Source of the DNA: an uncultured bacterium
GTDB lineage: Bacteria; Patescibacteriota; Minisyncoccia; Phycocordibacterales; PALSA-1337
Length of the DNA: 64,000 nt
NCBI GenBank assembly: GCA_963848635.1
Contig: CAWKEA010000005.1
Span: forward strand, 15,275-79,274
Direction of reading: 5' to 3'
Position numbers and translations under genes: made by a program
The notes under the pieces: generated by a model
What the model was told of the DNA's origin: nothing
The model's input: the letters and a program-made list of their open reading frames with translations, nothing else
Database searches by the model: none
Shown here: positions 48,612 to 58,532 of the stretch, in pieces
How positions within the stretch are numbered: position 1 is the first letter of the stretch
Layout: each line of letters starts with the position of its first letter

Positions 48612-49562
48612 TTACTGGAAAAAACCCAAAAACGTCATCGGGTCGATTGATACGCCTCGAATCCTGATAGTCAGGTGAAGATGCGGCCCTAGTGCATAGC
48701 CGGTGTCGCCGCTGAGACCTATTATTTGGCCCCGAGCCACCGCATCGCCGACATTGACGTCTATTCGAGACAGATGCATGTAAAAGGAAAGGATGCTGAG
48801 TCCATGATCTATAACAATCGTATTGCCATAAATGCCGAGATACTGCGCGTAAATGACCCTGCCAGTGTTTATAGCCATGACGGGCGTGCCTGTCGCCGCT
48901 TTGAAGTCTGTTCCTTTGTGGGGAATCGACAAGGATCCAGTCAGGCGGTCATAGCCATATGGATCAGTGACGATCGGATTGACGACAGGGAAATCGAATG
49001 GACCTGACCACAAAGCCTTGTCCGAGGCATGGAGACTATTGAGGACCGCATTGTCGGAAGCCATCGAGCTTTCGACATTCTGCTGGCCTTGCGGCGTGTT
49101 GCCGCCCAGCTTGTCTGGTATGCCAAGGGGTGCTGTCACATATGGCCGACCGACGACGGTAAGGGTTTTCTTCAAGATAAGATCAGTCGATGATCCTGCC
49201 ACATGAATGATGGCGCGGATGGCATATGCGCCGGGCGGATAATTGAGGTCGATGCCTACGAATGCGATCTGCTTATTCGATCCATAGCCCGTAGTGCGGA
49301 GCATAGTGCCGTCGAAAGTCAGACTTAATAATGTGCTCGACGCATTGTTTATGTTCGCAAGACGGATCAAAACCGGCTGGCCTTGGATCACACGATCAGA
49401 TGAAAGGGCAAGAACAGGCTGTAATATGACTTTGGAGGCGCTTTTCATTGTAGTACTGGAAGCAATCGAAGATACGTCTCTTTGATCCCCAGTGCCAACA
49501 TTCTTTTTTGGAAAAATAATTATAACTAATAAAAATAATAAGCAGATGATCGCAGCTGTCAT
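48612..49562 (-). CDS. M23 family metallopeptidase (LytM domain) with N-terminal membrane anchor
   Basis: HKGTDF and HLHLTI motifs (the HxxxD and HxH zinc ligands of M23) and an N-terminal TM helix. Confidence 0.8.
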   Translation of the reverse strand: MTAAIICLLFLLVIIIFPKKNVGTGDQRDVSSIASSTTMKSASKVILQPVLALSSDRVIQGQPVLIRLANINNASSTLLSLTFDGTMLRTTGYGSNKQIAFVGIDLNYPPGAYAIRAIIHVAGSSTDLILKKTLTVVGRPYVTAPLGIPDKLGGNTPQGQQNVESSMASDNAVLNSLHASDKALWSGPFDFPVVNPIVTDPYGYDRLTGSLSIPHKGTDFKAATGTPVMAINTGRVIYAQYLGIYGNTIVIDHGLSILSFYMHLSRIDVNVGDAVARGQIIGLSGDTGYALGPHLHLTIRIRGVSIDPMTFLGFFQ

Positions 49563-49676
49563 AAGCCTAGGAAGATTTATATTTTGTCGATCCGAATTTT
49601 TTTTCACAACCACTAAATTGTAGCATAGGGCAGGGCAATCATTGATAATTAAAAAGGCCATCCCTTTATATCCTAT

Positions 49677-49717
49677 GTCGCACAATATAGATTGTTGGTA
49701 GGGTGTTTATATGCTGT
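49677..49717 (+). repeat. direct repeat copy 1 (about 40 bp), immediately upstream of the M23 peptidase gene
   Basis: gtcgcacaatatagattgttggtagggtgtttatatgctgt is near-identical to copy 2 at 51713-51752. Confidence 0.8.
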
Positions 49718-49731
49718 TGAGAGTGTTAGTG

Positions 49732-50130
49732 CTACGCGCTTATTATTATCTTTGAAATAGTAGACTTGATTCTTTTTTCGTAGCTTGATTCAAGTTTCTC
49801 AATCTCTGCGTAATACTCATCCCAAATCTTATTTCGTGCATCATAATCCGCACGATCAACCGTAGCTAATTTTTCGTCTAAAACTTTATCAAGCGAGTCT
49901 TCTTGTAATTTTATTTCTTTATCAAGCTCTGATGACAATGATTCAAAATCAGCAGTGGCTTTTTCGTATTTATCTCCATAAGTATTTATTTTTTCAATCA
50001 AAAAATCTTCAAAAACACCTTGTACTTCCGGAATAGATACTCCTTTATTTAACGCTTCAATCAACTGACGTTTTTTATCAGTTTCGATGAAAGAAATGTC
50101 TATATAATTAGCTAATTGGTCTTTATTCAT
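49732..50130 (-). CDS. hypothetical coiled-coil protein
   Basis: A 132-aa K/E/D-rich ORF inside the AT-rich cassette. Confidence 0.4.
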   Translation of the reverse strand: MNKDQLANYIDISFIETDKKRQLIEALNKGVSIPEVQGVFEDFLIEKINTYGDKYEKATADFESLSSELDKEIKLQEDSLDKVLDEKLATVDRADYDARNKIWDEYYAEIEKLESSYEKRIKSTISKIIISA

Positions 50131-50134
50131 AAAA

Positions 50135-50980
50135 TTATGTTACGGCTTCCGCAAACGCATTTGCACCGCTCAAAGTTGTTCGCACAGTGTTAAACAAAAA
50201 CTTACCTCCTTTTGTAAGAGTCTTTGCGGCGTATTTGGTTCCTTCCCAACCAACTTTCGCGGCACCTGCGATACTTGGATCTCTGGCAAATCTATAGCCA
50301 GAACCCACAAAATCTCCGAGAGGCTTACCAAAAACGGTTTTTAATGTTTCGACACCGCTTTTCTTGAAACTTTCCATTGAATTGTCGAATTTTAATTTTG
50401 ATTCAAAACGGCGCTCATGTTTTTCAAACATATCATGTTCAAGTAGTGCTTGGCCTATATCCCCTCCCGAGTCTGGATCAAGAAGAGCTGACATTATATC
50501 GGGATTATTGGCTACCTTTGGATCATTGCGGAATTTTTCCAATAAAGCATCAAAGTTTTTTACCCCCTCGGCTGAATCTCTTAGTACAGCTTGTTTCGGC
50601 TTCTTTTTGTAATTTTGCTGATAATATTGCTCGACTGCTTGTTGATCTTGGGGTGTCGTGTTTACAAATTGTTTTGGTTGAGTCAAGGCTCTTTGTTTAG
50701 CGGTTTTCTTTAACATATCGATGCCCGCACCACCGGTAAGTTCTCTCAATGCGGCTTCAAACGATTTCATGCCTCCAGATCCTCGTTCAAATGCTTTGCG
50801 TGAACCGACCTCGTTTTTGGCGTATTGAAGGTACTCCATAAAAACCCTTTTTTGAGCTTGATCGGGCGGTATATTGTATTTTTGGGCATAAGCTTGAATC
50901 TTCTCTTTAAATTGAGAACCCTCGTCCGTTCCGATGATTTTTTTGCCCAAATCCTTTATGGCTTCAAACGATTTACTCAT
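50135..50980 (-). CDS. hypothetical protein
   Basis: A K/Q-rich soluble ORF of about 280 aa inside the AT-rich cassette. No family recognised. Confidence 0.45.
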   Translation of the reverse strand: MSKSFEAIKDLGKKIIGTDEGSQFKEKIQAYAQKYNIPPDQAQKRVFMEYLQYAKNEVGSRKAFERGSGGMKSFEAALRELTGGAGIDMLKKTAKQRALTQPKQFVNTTPQDQQAVEQYYQQNYKKKPKQAVLRDSAEGVKNFDALLEKFRNDPKVANNPDIMSALLDPDSGGDIGQALLEHDMFEKHERRFESKLKFDNSMESFKKSGVETLKTVFGKPLGDFVGSGYRFARDPSIAGAAKVGWEGTKYAAKTLTKGGKFLFNTVRTTLSGANAFAEAVT

Positions 50981-51094
50981 AGGGTAAATTATAGCTACTT
51001 TAGAGATATTAGCAACAATAAGCACGCTGGTCGTTTTAGATTATAAATGTTAATATTTGTAGTATTAATAAGTAGTGAAAATATATTTAATAAT

Positions 51095-51262
51095 ATGAGA
51101 AATATTAATTTTGAAACACCGAGTCCTGAAGTTAAAGAAGCGACTGAAAAAGCAGAAAAAGAACGCGAGGAGGAACATGTAAAGAATCGAATGGGAAGCA
51201 TTCTCGTTGAGAAAGACGGTAAGCTTAAGAGGCTCGATGGTAAGGAAATTGAGGAGAAATAA
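51095..51262 (+). CDS. hypothetical small acidic protein
   Basis: A 56-aa ORF (internal Met of a longer ORF), rich in E/K. Confidence 0.2.
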   Translation: MRNINFETPSPEVKEATEKAEKEREEEHVKNRMGSILVEKDGKLKRLDGKEIEEK

Positions 51263-51314
51263 TTCTTTTATATAAAAATTAAGCGAGTAGTTGTGAGCTA
51301 CTCGCAAATAGGGG

Positions 51315-51569
51315 TTAAGGTTTTTGTTTTTTCTTCTTTTGGCCGCACGCTTCTGACAGGCCATGGAAGATGTCCGCGAGGATTTTGAATATGTGCATCA
51401 GAATCCACCGCACGATACTTGTGAGTTGTTTAAACTCCCAAGCGACTATTTTGTTTGCCTTGTCCGCTTTGCCTCCGCCAACGATCAAGCCTATTCCATA
51501 CGACATGACCATGATGACTAAGACGAAGCTGATAAGCTGCGCAAAGAACTGACCAAATGTAGTGTTCAT
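51315..51569 (-). CDS. hypothetical small membrane protein
   Basis: An 84-aa ORF with two TM helices and a Lys-rich tail. It lies directly downstream of direct repeat copy 2. Confidence 0.4.
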   Translation of the reverse strand: MNTTFGQFFAQLISFVLVIMVMSYGIGLIVGGGKADKANKIVAWEFKQLTSIVRWILMHIFKILADIFHGLSEACGQKKKKQKP

Positions 51570-51712
51570 CTGCCACAGAGTATAGCACAGCTTTGTTTTT
51601 AAGTCAAGACCTTGAAAATCAACTTTTTACTTATCCCCCACTCCCCCATTGACGTATAAGAAAAACTGTACGACACTGGAATACATAGGACTTATCTTGT
51701 TATTCTGGCGTT

Positions 51713-51752
51713 GTCACACAAGTATGATTGTTGGTAAGGTGTTTATATGCTG
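51713..51752 (+). repeat. direct repeat copy 2
   Basis: gtcacacaagtatgattgttggtaaggtgtttatatgctgt has 1 mismatch in the 28-bp core relative to copy 1. Confidence 0.8.
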
Positions 51753-51767
51753 TACAGACGTATTTAT

Positions 51768-51806
51768 ATAATAGAAAATCCCGGTCTGTGGTAAGGCCGG
51801 GATTTG
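51768..51806 (-). terminator. putative rho-independent terminator (minus strand)
   Basis: On the minus strand: aaatcccgg-ccttaccacaga-ccgggattt followed by tctatt. Confidence 0.4.
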
Positions 51807-51833
51807 AACAAATATTGACATTCATTGTCGTGG

Positions 51834-52169
51834 TCAGGGAAAAATGGCAAAGCCCTTTGATCTTACTCTATGAATAATCTTTGTCTTGTATTCAACTGCA
51901 AACCATAAACGGTCTTTCGAGGCGATTAAGTTCTTTAATTTAAAGTCCGTAGGAAATGCATCTTGTGAGCCAGTCTGGCCATGGATATAGACAGGTTCTC
52001 CTTCATAGGCAACGGTTTGACCATAATCGTCATCCACATACGTTTGCCTCGATACTCTATATCGAGTGTCGGAGCACTTGGAATATATCCAGCAAATAAT
52101 GTCGGCGCAATGAATTGATTGGCATCGCCACAGATAATGATGGAGTGAGGATCGATACCCCGTAAACAT
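51834..52169 (-). CDS. hypothetical protein
   Basis: A 111-aa ORF followed by the terminator-like hairpin. No family recognised. Confidence 0.3.
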   Translation of the reverse strand: MFTGYRSSLHHYLWRCQSIHCADIICWIYSKCSDTRYRVSRQTYVDDDYGQTVAYEGEPVYIHGQTGSQDAFPTDFKLKNLIASKDRLWFAVEYKTKIIHRVRSKGFAIFP

Positions 52170-52172
52170 CCT

Positions 52173-52478
52173 TTATTGAGGACTAGGCAATTGATTACCG
52201 TTTGTATTTGGAATCGGCATCTGTCCGTTCTTGATATTTTCAAGATTGTTGAGAGCCGGCGTCCAGATGTCAGTGACGAAGATATTCCAAAGATATTCTG
52301 CCGGTGCCCGGAGATAGGTGTCCCAAATGTTCACTGCCCCTGTCCAAATATATGAAATGTTGTCCTGTGTCGTCGGATTCTGCACTGCCTGCCGCACGCT
52401 GATGCCGTAATAGCCGAGAACTATGAGGGCTATGAGGATGAGTATGAGCAATTTGATCAGGCCCCTGTTGCTTTTCAT
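52173..52478 (-). CDS. hypothetical membrane-anchored protein
   Basis: N-terminal TM helix (LIKLLILILIALIVLGYY) and a Trp-rich extracytoplasmic part. Confidence 0.4.
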   Translation of the reverse strand: MKSNRGLIKLLILILIALIVLGYYGISVRQAVQNPTTQDNISYIWTGAVNIWDTYLRAPAEYLWNIFVTDIWTPALNNLENIKNGQMPIPNTNGNQLPSPQ

Positions 52479-52564
52479 GATACAACCATTATAGCTCGTT
52501 TCAATCTTATGTGTGCAAAAGTTATTCACAGGGCTATCTCAAAAAGGATCGGATTCTGCGCAAG

Positions 52565-54034
52565 CTATCGGATATTTTTCAAAGAGCTCCGGGCGATTTC
52601 GAGGCGCTTGAGCGTTTCTTCCTTGCCAAGTATCGAAGCGGAAACAAATGGATCAGGCGATTTGTCGCGGCCAGTCAGCGCAAAACGCATGGGCCAAAGG
52701 ACGTTTCCTTTGCCTTTTTCTTCCGCATATGGCCAAATCGCGTTCTTTATCTCTTCAGAAGAAAAACCCTTGAGCCCGGCCAGAGATTCGATGATTTTTT
52801 CAAGATGAAGGGAAGCGGCGGCGGCCGTGTCCCCTTTCCATGGCAGTTTCTTTGCGTCATAAGCAGACAGTTCAGTTACGAAGCCGAGCTCTCCCTCCCC
52901 TTTGAACATATTTGCGACATCTCCAAAGGTGTGAGCGCGATCACGGAAAACCGGCAGGGCTTTTTTTATCATATCATCGCTTGCAAAGACATCGGAGTCA
53001 TTCTCTAAGACTTTTTTCGCTTGATCGAGGTAATCCACATCGCTCAGCTTATTCATATATTGCTTGTTCATCCACTTGAGCTTTTCCTCATCGAACGATC
53101 CGCCGGCTTTTTGGACTTTTGACAGATCGAATGCGGCAATGATGTCATCCTGGGCCATAATTTCCCTATCGCCGCCCGGATTCCAGCCGATCAGCACGAG
53201 AAAATTGAAGAACGCCGCAGGCAGGTAGCCTTCGTGGGCATATTCGAGGACGTCTTTCGCGCCGTCGCGTTTGCCGAGCTTTTTTGTCCGATCGTCGCGA
53301 AGGATAGGAGGCAAGGTCGCGAAGGATGGCGGCCGTATGCCGAGAGCTTCGTACATGCTCAGGTAATTCGGGGTGCTCGAGATGAATTCGTCGCCGCGCA
53401 AGACATGCGTCACGCCCATGGCATCATCATCGATGATATGAGCGAAATTGTATGTAGGATACCCGTCGCTCTTGATGATGACAAAATCATCGAGTGCCTC
53501 TTCGCCCGCCTCGAGATCGCCACGCACGATATCATGCCAATGGTAGCGCTTTATCTCGGGCACCTTGAAACGGAGCGGTTTGGTGCCGTCCCATGCTGTG
53601 AATTTTTCCGGCCGATGGTCCCTAAAGAGAAATGCGGTCTTTGAAGCCTCCGCCTGCTTTCGAAAAGCCTCGACTTCCTCTTCCGTATAAGGATCGGGAT
53701 ATGCAAGACCTTTATCGATGAGGATTTGAGCGGCTTTCTTGAATGTGTCCAAGCGCTCTGATTGTATACATGAGCCAAAAGGACCCGGCTTGTCAGGGCC
53801 ATAATCCCAGTCGATACCGATCCATTTCAAGGATTCCTGGATGTGCTCTATCGATCCCGGGACTTCCCTTTTCTTGTCTGTGTCTTCGATGCGCAAGATG
53901 AAAGTGCCTTCGTTTTTCCTTGCCCATAACCATGCAAAAAGAGCCGTGCGGACGCCGCCGATGTGCATGAAACCAGTCGGTGAGGGCGCAAAGCGAGTGA
54001 CGACTTTATCTGAAGATGCAGACTTGTTCACCAT
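52565..54034 (-). CDS. gltX: glutamate--tRNA ligase
   Basis: RFAPSPTGFMHIGG (the HIGH-type motif) and a KMSKS-equivalent region. 489 aa with GluRS architecture. Confidence 0.9.
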   Translation of the reverse strand: MVNKSASSDKVVTRFAPSPTGFMHIGGVRTALFAWLWARKNEGTFILRIEDTDKKREVPGSIEHIQESLKWIGIDWDYGPDKPGPFGSCIQSERLDTFKKAAQILIDKGLAYPDPYTEEEVEAFRKQAEASKTAFLFRDHRPEKFTAWDGTKPLRFKVPEIKRYHWHDIVRGDLEAGEEALDDFVIIKSDGYPTYNFAHIIDDDAMGVTHVLRGDEFISSTPNYLSMYEALGIRPPSFATLPPILRDDRTKKLGKRDGAKDVLEYAHEGYLPAAFFNFLVLIGWNPGGDREIMAQDDIIAAFDLSKVQKAGGSFDEEKLKWMNKQYMNKLSDVDYLDQAKKVLENDSDVFASDDMIKKALPVFRDRAHTFGDVANMFKGEGELGFVTELSAYDAKKLPWKGDTAAAASLHLEKIIESLAGLKGFSSEEIKNAIWPYAEEKGKGNVLWPMRFALTGRDKSPDPFVSASILGKEETLKRLEIARSSLKNIR

Positions 54035-54177
54035 GCCAGTATAGCAAAAGGCACCAGAAAAATCGACCTAACAAGCCATATCTTACCCTCTTCAACCCTC
54101 ATTATTCTCAAACAAAAACCGACTCCAAGGCCGGTTTTTGTTTAATAAACTTTCTGATTGTAATGGCTTTGACTCGA

Positions 54178-54693
54178 TTATCCCTTTGTCTCTGGAACAT
54201 TCGCGAGAGCGTGGAACGTCTCTGTTATCGGACTTCCATGAGAATCGTTGATCAAGGAGTCCTTCGTTATGTCGAACTTTTGATTGCCAGCGGAATCCAA
54301 ATAGAGCGATGCATAGTAAAGTCCGCCATCAACGGTTGGAGACGAGAGGGTAACTTTGCCCGGATTTATGCCTGCGTCAAAATATTGCGTGCCAATGACT
54401 GCGCCCGGGGTGCCCCCATTGTCGCTCTGGATGACGACGAAGCCCGGCGACGCGAGACGTACGGACGAGATATAGACGACATTGCCAGGATATTGATCGG
54501 TAACGACGATGCTATTTGCTTCAGTCGAGGCGGGAGCCGTGGCGGAAGGCGTGCTCTCGCTCTGTGAGGCCTGATTGCTCGACGAGCCATTCTTGCTAAA
54601 AAGCCAATAACCCAAGATAACGATTATGACGATGACGATGATCGTTACCACCCACTGCCAAGGCTTGATCCCTGATGAATTGTCTGGTTGCAT
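54178..54693 (-). CDS. hypothetical membrane-anchored extracytoplasmic protein
   Basis: N-terminal TM helix, a Ser/Thr/Ala-rich linker and a beta-rich C-terminal domain. Confidence 0.45.
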   Translation of the reverse strand: MQPDNSSGIKPWQWVVTIIVIVIIVILGYWLFSKNGSSSNQASQSESTPSATAPASTEANSIVVTDQYPGNVVYISSVRLASPGFVVIQSDNGGTPGAVIGTQYFDAGINPGKVTLSSPTVDGGLYYASLYLDSAGNQKFDITKDSLINDSHGSPITETFHALANVPETKG

Positions 54694-54758
54694 TTTTTTA
54701 AAGTGATTAAATATGCTGATAATTCGACTTATTAGAGTAATGCGTACAGTATACCATT

Positions 54759-55898
54759 TTAGGCTTCATGTTCAAGTGACAAGTCAAGTATGACTTCGGC
54801 TATCTTTGTGGCCGCATCCGGCTTGGCGAATCCAGCGGCGCTTTGGCTCATGAGCTCGCGGATCCGCGGGTTAGCCATGACCCTGTCTATTTCGGCCACG
54901 AGGATGTGAGAAGTGAGGTTATTCTCCTCGATGACGATGGCCGCGCCTGTTTTTGCGTAATCAAAGGCATTCGCAGTCTGGTCATGGCTGATCGATTCGG
55001 GCAAAGGGATGATGATTGATGGTTTCTTCCATAAAGCTATCTCGAATATGCTCGATCCCGCTCTCGAGACCACGATGTCAGCGGCGCCTGCCGACATGCG
55101 CATGGCCAGATCGTTCAAGTAATCAAAAGGATGATATCGGTAGCCGTACGCATTATCCTTTAGGATGGCTTTGGCGGTCTCCTTGACATCTTCGAAATTC
55201 TTGCGGCCGGTCTGATGGATGATCTGGTATCTTTTTATGAGCTCGGGCAGAGCGTCGAGTATCGTATCGTTTATCGATTGCGCGCCTTGAGATCCGCCGA
55301 TGACGAGGATGACAGGCGTTGCTTCCTCGAGGTTGAGGAATTCATGAGCGCCGTTCGTGAGCGGCGCGGCGACTTCTTTTCTGACAGGATTTCCTGTCAG
55401 AGCAACGACTGATTTTTCTGAGGCTTTCTTGAAATAATCAGCGGCTGAGGGGTACGAAACGGCTATCCTCTTTGCGAATTTCCCTGCCCAAGCATTGACT
55501 CGTCCAGGGCTCGAATCGGATTCATGGATGACGACCGGAATGCGAAGGATCCTGGCCGCGACCATGGCAGGAAAGCTCTCATAACCTCCCTTACCGAAGA
55601 CAATGTCGGGATATATGTTGTACATCTTTATGATGGCTAGAAATATGCCGCTTGCAGTCTTGAAGGAATCCGTGAAATTAAGCAAAGAAAAATATCGGCG
55701 GATCTTTCCAGCTGGCACATAGACGAACTCTATCTGGTGATCGAAGAGTGCCCGCGGATTATAGCGCTGTGCGGCCATGAAATACAGCTTCGGCTTGAGC
55801 AGGCGCTTCTCCACCACTTTGTCCTCGATGGCTTCTGCTACGGCTATGATCGGATAGAAATGCCCGCCTGTGCCGCCGCCGGTAAATAAGATTTTCAT
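54759..55898 (-). CDS. murG: undecaprenyldiphospho-muramoylpentapeptide beta-N-acetylglucosaminyltransferase
   Basis: MKILFTGGGTGGHFYPIIAVAE N-terminus and a GT28 C-terminal domain. Confidence 0.9.
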   Translation of the reverse strand: MKILFTGGGTGGHFYPIIAVAEAIEDKVVEKRLLKPKLYFMAAQRYNPRALFDHQIEFVYVPAGKIRRYFSLLNFTDSFKTASGIFLAIIKMYNIYPDIVFGKGGYESFPAMVAARILRIPVVIHESDSSPGRVNAWAGKFAKRIAVSYPSAADYFKKASEKSVVALTGNPVRKEVAAPLTNGAHEFLNLEEATPVILVIGGSQGAQSINDTILDALPELIKRYQIIHQTGRKNFEDVKETAKAILKDNAYGYRYHPFDYLNDLAMRMSAGAADIVVSRAGSSIFEIALWKKPSIIIPLPESISHDQTANAFDYAKTGAAIVIEENNLTSHILVAEIDRVMANPRIRELMSQSAAGFAKPDAATKIAEVILDLSLEHEA

Positions 55899-55940
55899 GG
55901 AACAATTATAATACTATTTTCAAAATCGCACTATATGGGA

Positions 55941-57033
55941 TTACTTGGCATGTCTCGACACGTTAGCTACGATGCCGGAAGCGGACATAGCCAATATGAG
56001 GGCGGTCCCGCCATGTGAGACAAAAAGCAATGGGATGCCGAGACAATGGCACGAGACCTATCTCGGAAGCCATATTCATGAATGACTCGACGATCACCAG
56101 GATAGCGATGCCCGATACGAGCAGGCCGCCAAAGGCATCGGGCGCCCGCGCGGCTATGCGCAGACACATTATGGCGAAAAAAATGAACAATATGACGAGC
56201 ACGGTAGTGCCGGCAAAACCGAATTCCTCGCCGACGACCGCAAAAATAGAGTCGCCTACAGGCTCCGGCAGATAGCCGAATTTCTGTATGCTCTGGCCGT
56301 ATCCGCGTCCGAAAAGCCCTCCTGATCCAACGGCAATAAGAGACTGTTGAAGCTGGTAGCCTGCTCCCTGCGGATCGCTAGAAGGCGCGATATACGTCAT
56401 GATGCGTTCGCGAGCATACGGCCGGAACAATGCTACGAGGCCAACGACTGCGATGATCGCTAGGATGGCAACGCTGATGTGCCGCACTTTTCCGCCGGCT
56501 ATGATGAGCTGGCCAAGGCCTGTAACGAATATGATGACAAAGGTATCAGTATCGCGTTGAGACAAAAGCAACGCTCCTGTGACAGCCATAAGTATAAGGA
56601 ACGGCAAAAGACCTGACTTGAAATCCTTGATCCTGTCTTTTTTATGGGCCAGCCACGCGGCAAAATATATGATGAATGCGATCTTCAGGAATTCGGAAGG
56701 TTGGAACGTGACTGATCCGATATATATCCATCTCGACGCCCCGCCGTGAAAGAGAGATAGGTCAGGTATGAAAAGGACCAGATTGAGCAGTATCGCCGCC
56801 GCGAACAGATAAAATGCATAACGGCGGAAAAATGTATAGTTGATCTTTGAAAAGACGTAAAATGCCGCGAGACCGATGATGAGGCCGACCGCTTGGGTGA
56901 ACAAGACGGATTTTGTCGTCGGGCCGGTTTCCGTCAAGAGACCGAGCGATGCGGAAGAAAAGATGAAAAAACCGGCGAACGCGAGCACAAGCACGAGAAT
57001 CAAGTACGATTTTTCAATTGGAGCACGGGACAT
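55941..57033 (-). CDS. ftsW: FtsW/RodA/SpoVE-family peptidoglycan glycosyltransferase; 1-bp frameshift near 56040 breaks the C-terminus
   Basis: The frame of ORF 55963-57033 ends ..MASEIGLVPLS then RHPIAFCLTW... The conserved C-terminus GIPLLFVSHGGTALILAMSASGIVANVSRHAK* lies in the +1 frame, ending at 55941. An extra C at about 56040 separates the two. Confidence 0.8.
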
Positions 57034-57115
57034 GAGTCTATAATAGCATAAAAGAATTTCTAACTGATCTGATTACAAAAAGTTTCTCCGGCAAATTAGG
57101 TAATTCGAAATCAGG

Positions 57116-57688
57116 CTAATCAACCTGATCTGGTTTCTCTGAAACCCCGTTCGTCTGCTTGAATGATTCGATGTCTTTTCTCACGGCTTCATATTCCGGC
57201 AGATCGGCGGCTTTCGATATTCCGAGATGAGATAGGAGGTCAAGAGTCGTCTTATAGAGAAAGCTCCGTGCATCGTCCGGATTGTCCGCCCGCTCAACAA
57301 GGCCTCGGATGAGAAGCGACCGCACTATGAACTGAGAATTGACGCCGCGGATGTAGTCGATGTCCGCCCGCGATATGGGACCTTGATACAACACGATGGA
57401 GAGAGTCTCCAGGCCTGCTTTGCCGAGATCTCTCGTCAATTCATCCTTTGCAAGCTGTTCGATGAGATGCGAAAGCTCTTTTGCAGTGCCGAGCATGATA
57501 TCCTCGTCCGTCTGGACGAGCGTCACTCCCCTGCCGACAAGGCTTTTTTCGAGCTCGGCAACGCCGGCTCTGACTTCAGGCTCGGATATCTTCGTCGAAT
57601 CAGTCGAAAGCAGAGAAGCGAGCTTTTTTATGCTGACAGGCTCAGCTTTCCAAAAAAGGATAGCTTCTATTTTCGCGCTTAGGTTCAT
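57116..57688 (-). CDS. scpB: segregation and condensation protein B
   Basis: The N-terminal IEAILFWKAEPVSIKKLA matches the ScpB winged helix. About 190 aa, downstream of scpA. Confidence 0.8.
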   Translation of the reverse strand: MNLSAKIEAILFWKAEPVSIKKLASLLSTDSTKISEPEVRAGVAELEKSLVGRGVTLVQTDEDIMLGTAKELSHLIEQLAKDELTRDLGKAGLETLSIVLYQGPISRADIDYIRGVNSQFIVRSLLIRGLVERADNPDDARSFLYKTTLDLLSHLGISKAADLPEYEAVRKDIESFKQTNGVSEKPDQVD

Positions 57689-57798
57689 ATGATGATTATA
57701 GTAAAAAGATGGCTATAAAGGAAGCGCTAAAAAATCGTCTAAGAAGACTTATTCTTGCAGTGCGCGCAGATCAAAAAAGAGGCTGTTGTATGAAGGCG

Positions 57799-58518
57799 TC
57801 AATACCGTGGCACGCCGACTTCCTTTGTCTCCATCTGGATGTCGCCAAAATTCGATTCCTGCGTCACATTTACGACGCCCTGCTTGACTAATTCGAGCAT
57901 CGCGAGAAAACTGACGATGAAATTGACCCTGTCGCCTTTGTGCTCGCCGGCAAAATCCTTGAAGCTCATGCGGAGCTGTGTCTGTATCCGTTGCGTGAGA
58001 TCGCCTATCATATCCTCGAGGCTTACGACCTTTTTGACCATGACTTCCGGTAGTCTCTCTTTTTTCGGCAGACGCTTGATGAGATCTTGGAGCGACGACA
58101 AAACTCTTTCAAGGGTGAAATCCGGCGACGGCGCAAAGACGGGCTCCATCCTTCTTGCCTTCTGGGGAAATATCATCATGTCGCCGAAAATCTTTTCGAT
58201 CTGCGCGCTCGCATCCTTTATCCTCTTGTAGATCTTGAGCCTCGTTTCGAGGTCATGAATGTCGCCTTGCTCCTCCTCTGTAAGGTTCAATTGAGGCAAG
58301 AGGGAGCGTGATTTGATGAGGAGGAGCGTGGAAGCGATCAATATGAAATGGGCGGATTCTCCCATCGGCAGATTCTCGAACTGCTGGATATGCGCTATGA
58401 AATCATCGGTGACCTTTGAGAGCGACAGGTCGTTTATGAAAAATTTCCTCTTCTCGATGAGGTCGAGGAGAAGGTCGAGCGGCCCTTCAAAATTGTTCGT
58501 TTTAATGGTGAATGGCAC
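57799..58518 (-). CDS. scpA: segregation and condensation protein A
   Basis: NFEGPLDLLLDLIEKRKFFINDLSL is the ScpA N-terminus. Confidence 0.8.
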   Translation of the reverse strand: MPFTIKTNNFEGPLDLLLDLIEKRKFFINDLSLSKVTDDFIAHIQQFENLPMGESAHFILIASTLLLIKSRSLLPQLNLTEEEQGDIHDLETRLKIYKRIKDASAQIEKIFGDMMIFPQKARRMEPVFAPSPDFTLERVLSSLQDLIKRLPKKERLPEVMVKKVVSLEDMIGDLTQRIQTQLRMSFKDFAGEHKGDRVNFIVSFLAMLELVKQGVVNVTQESNFGDIQMETKEVGVPRY

Positions 58519-58532
58519 GGCAGTGGCAAAAG

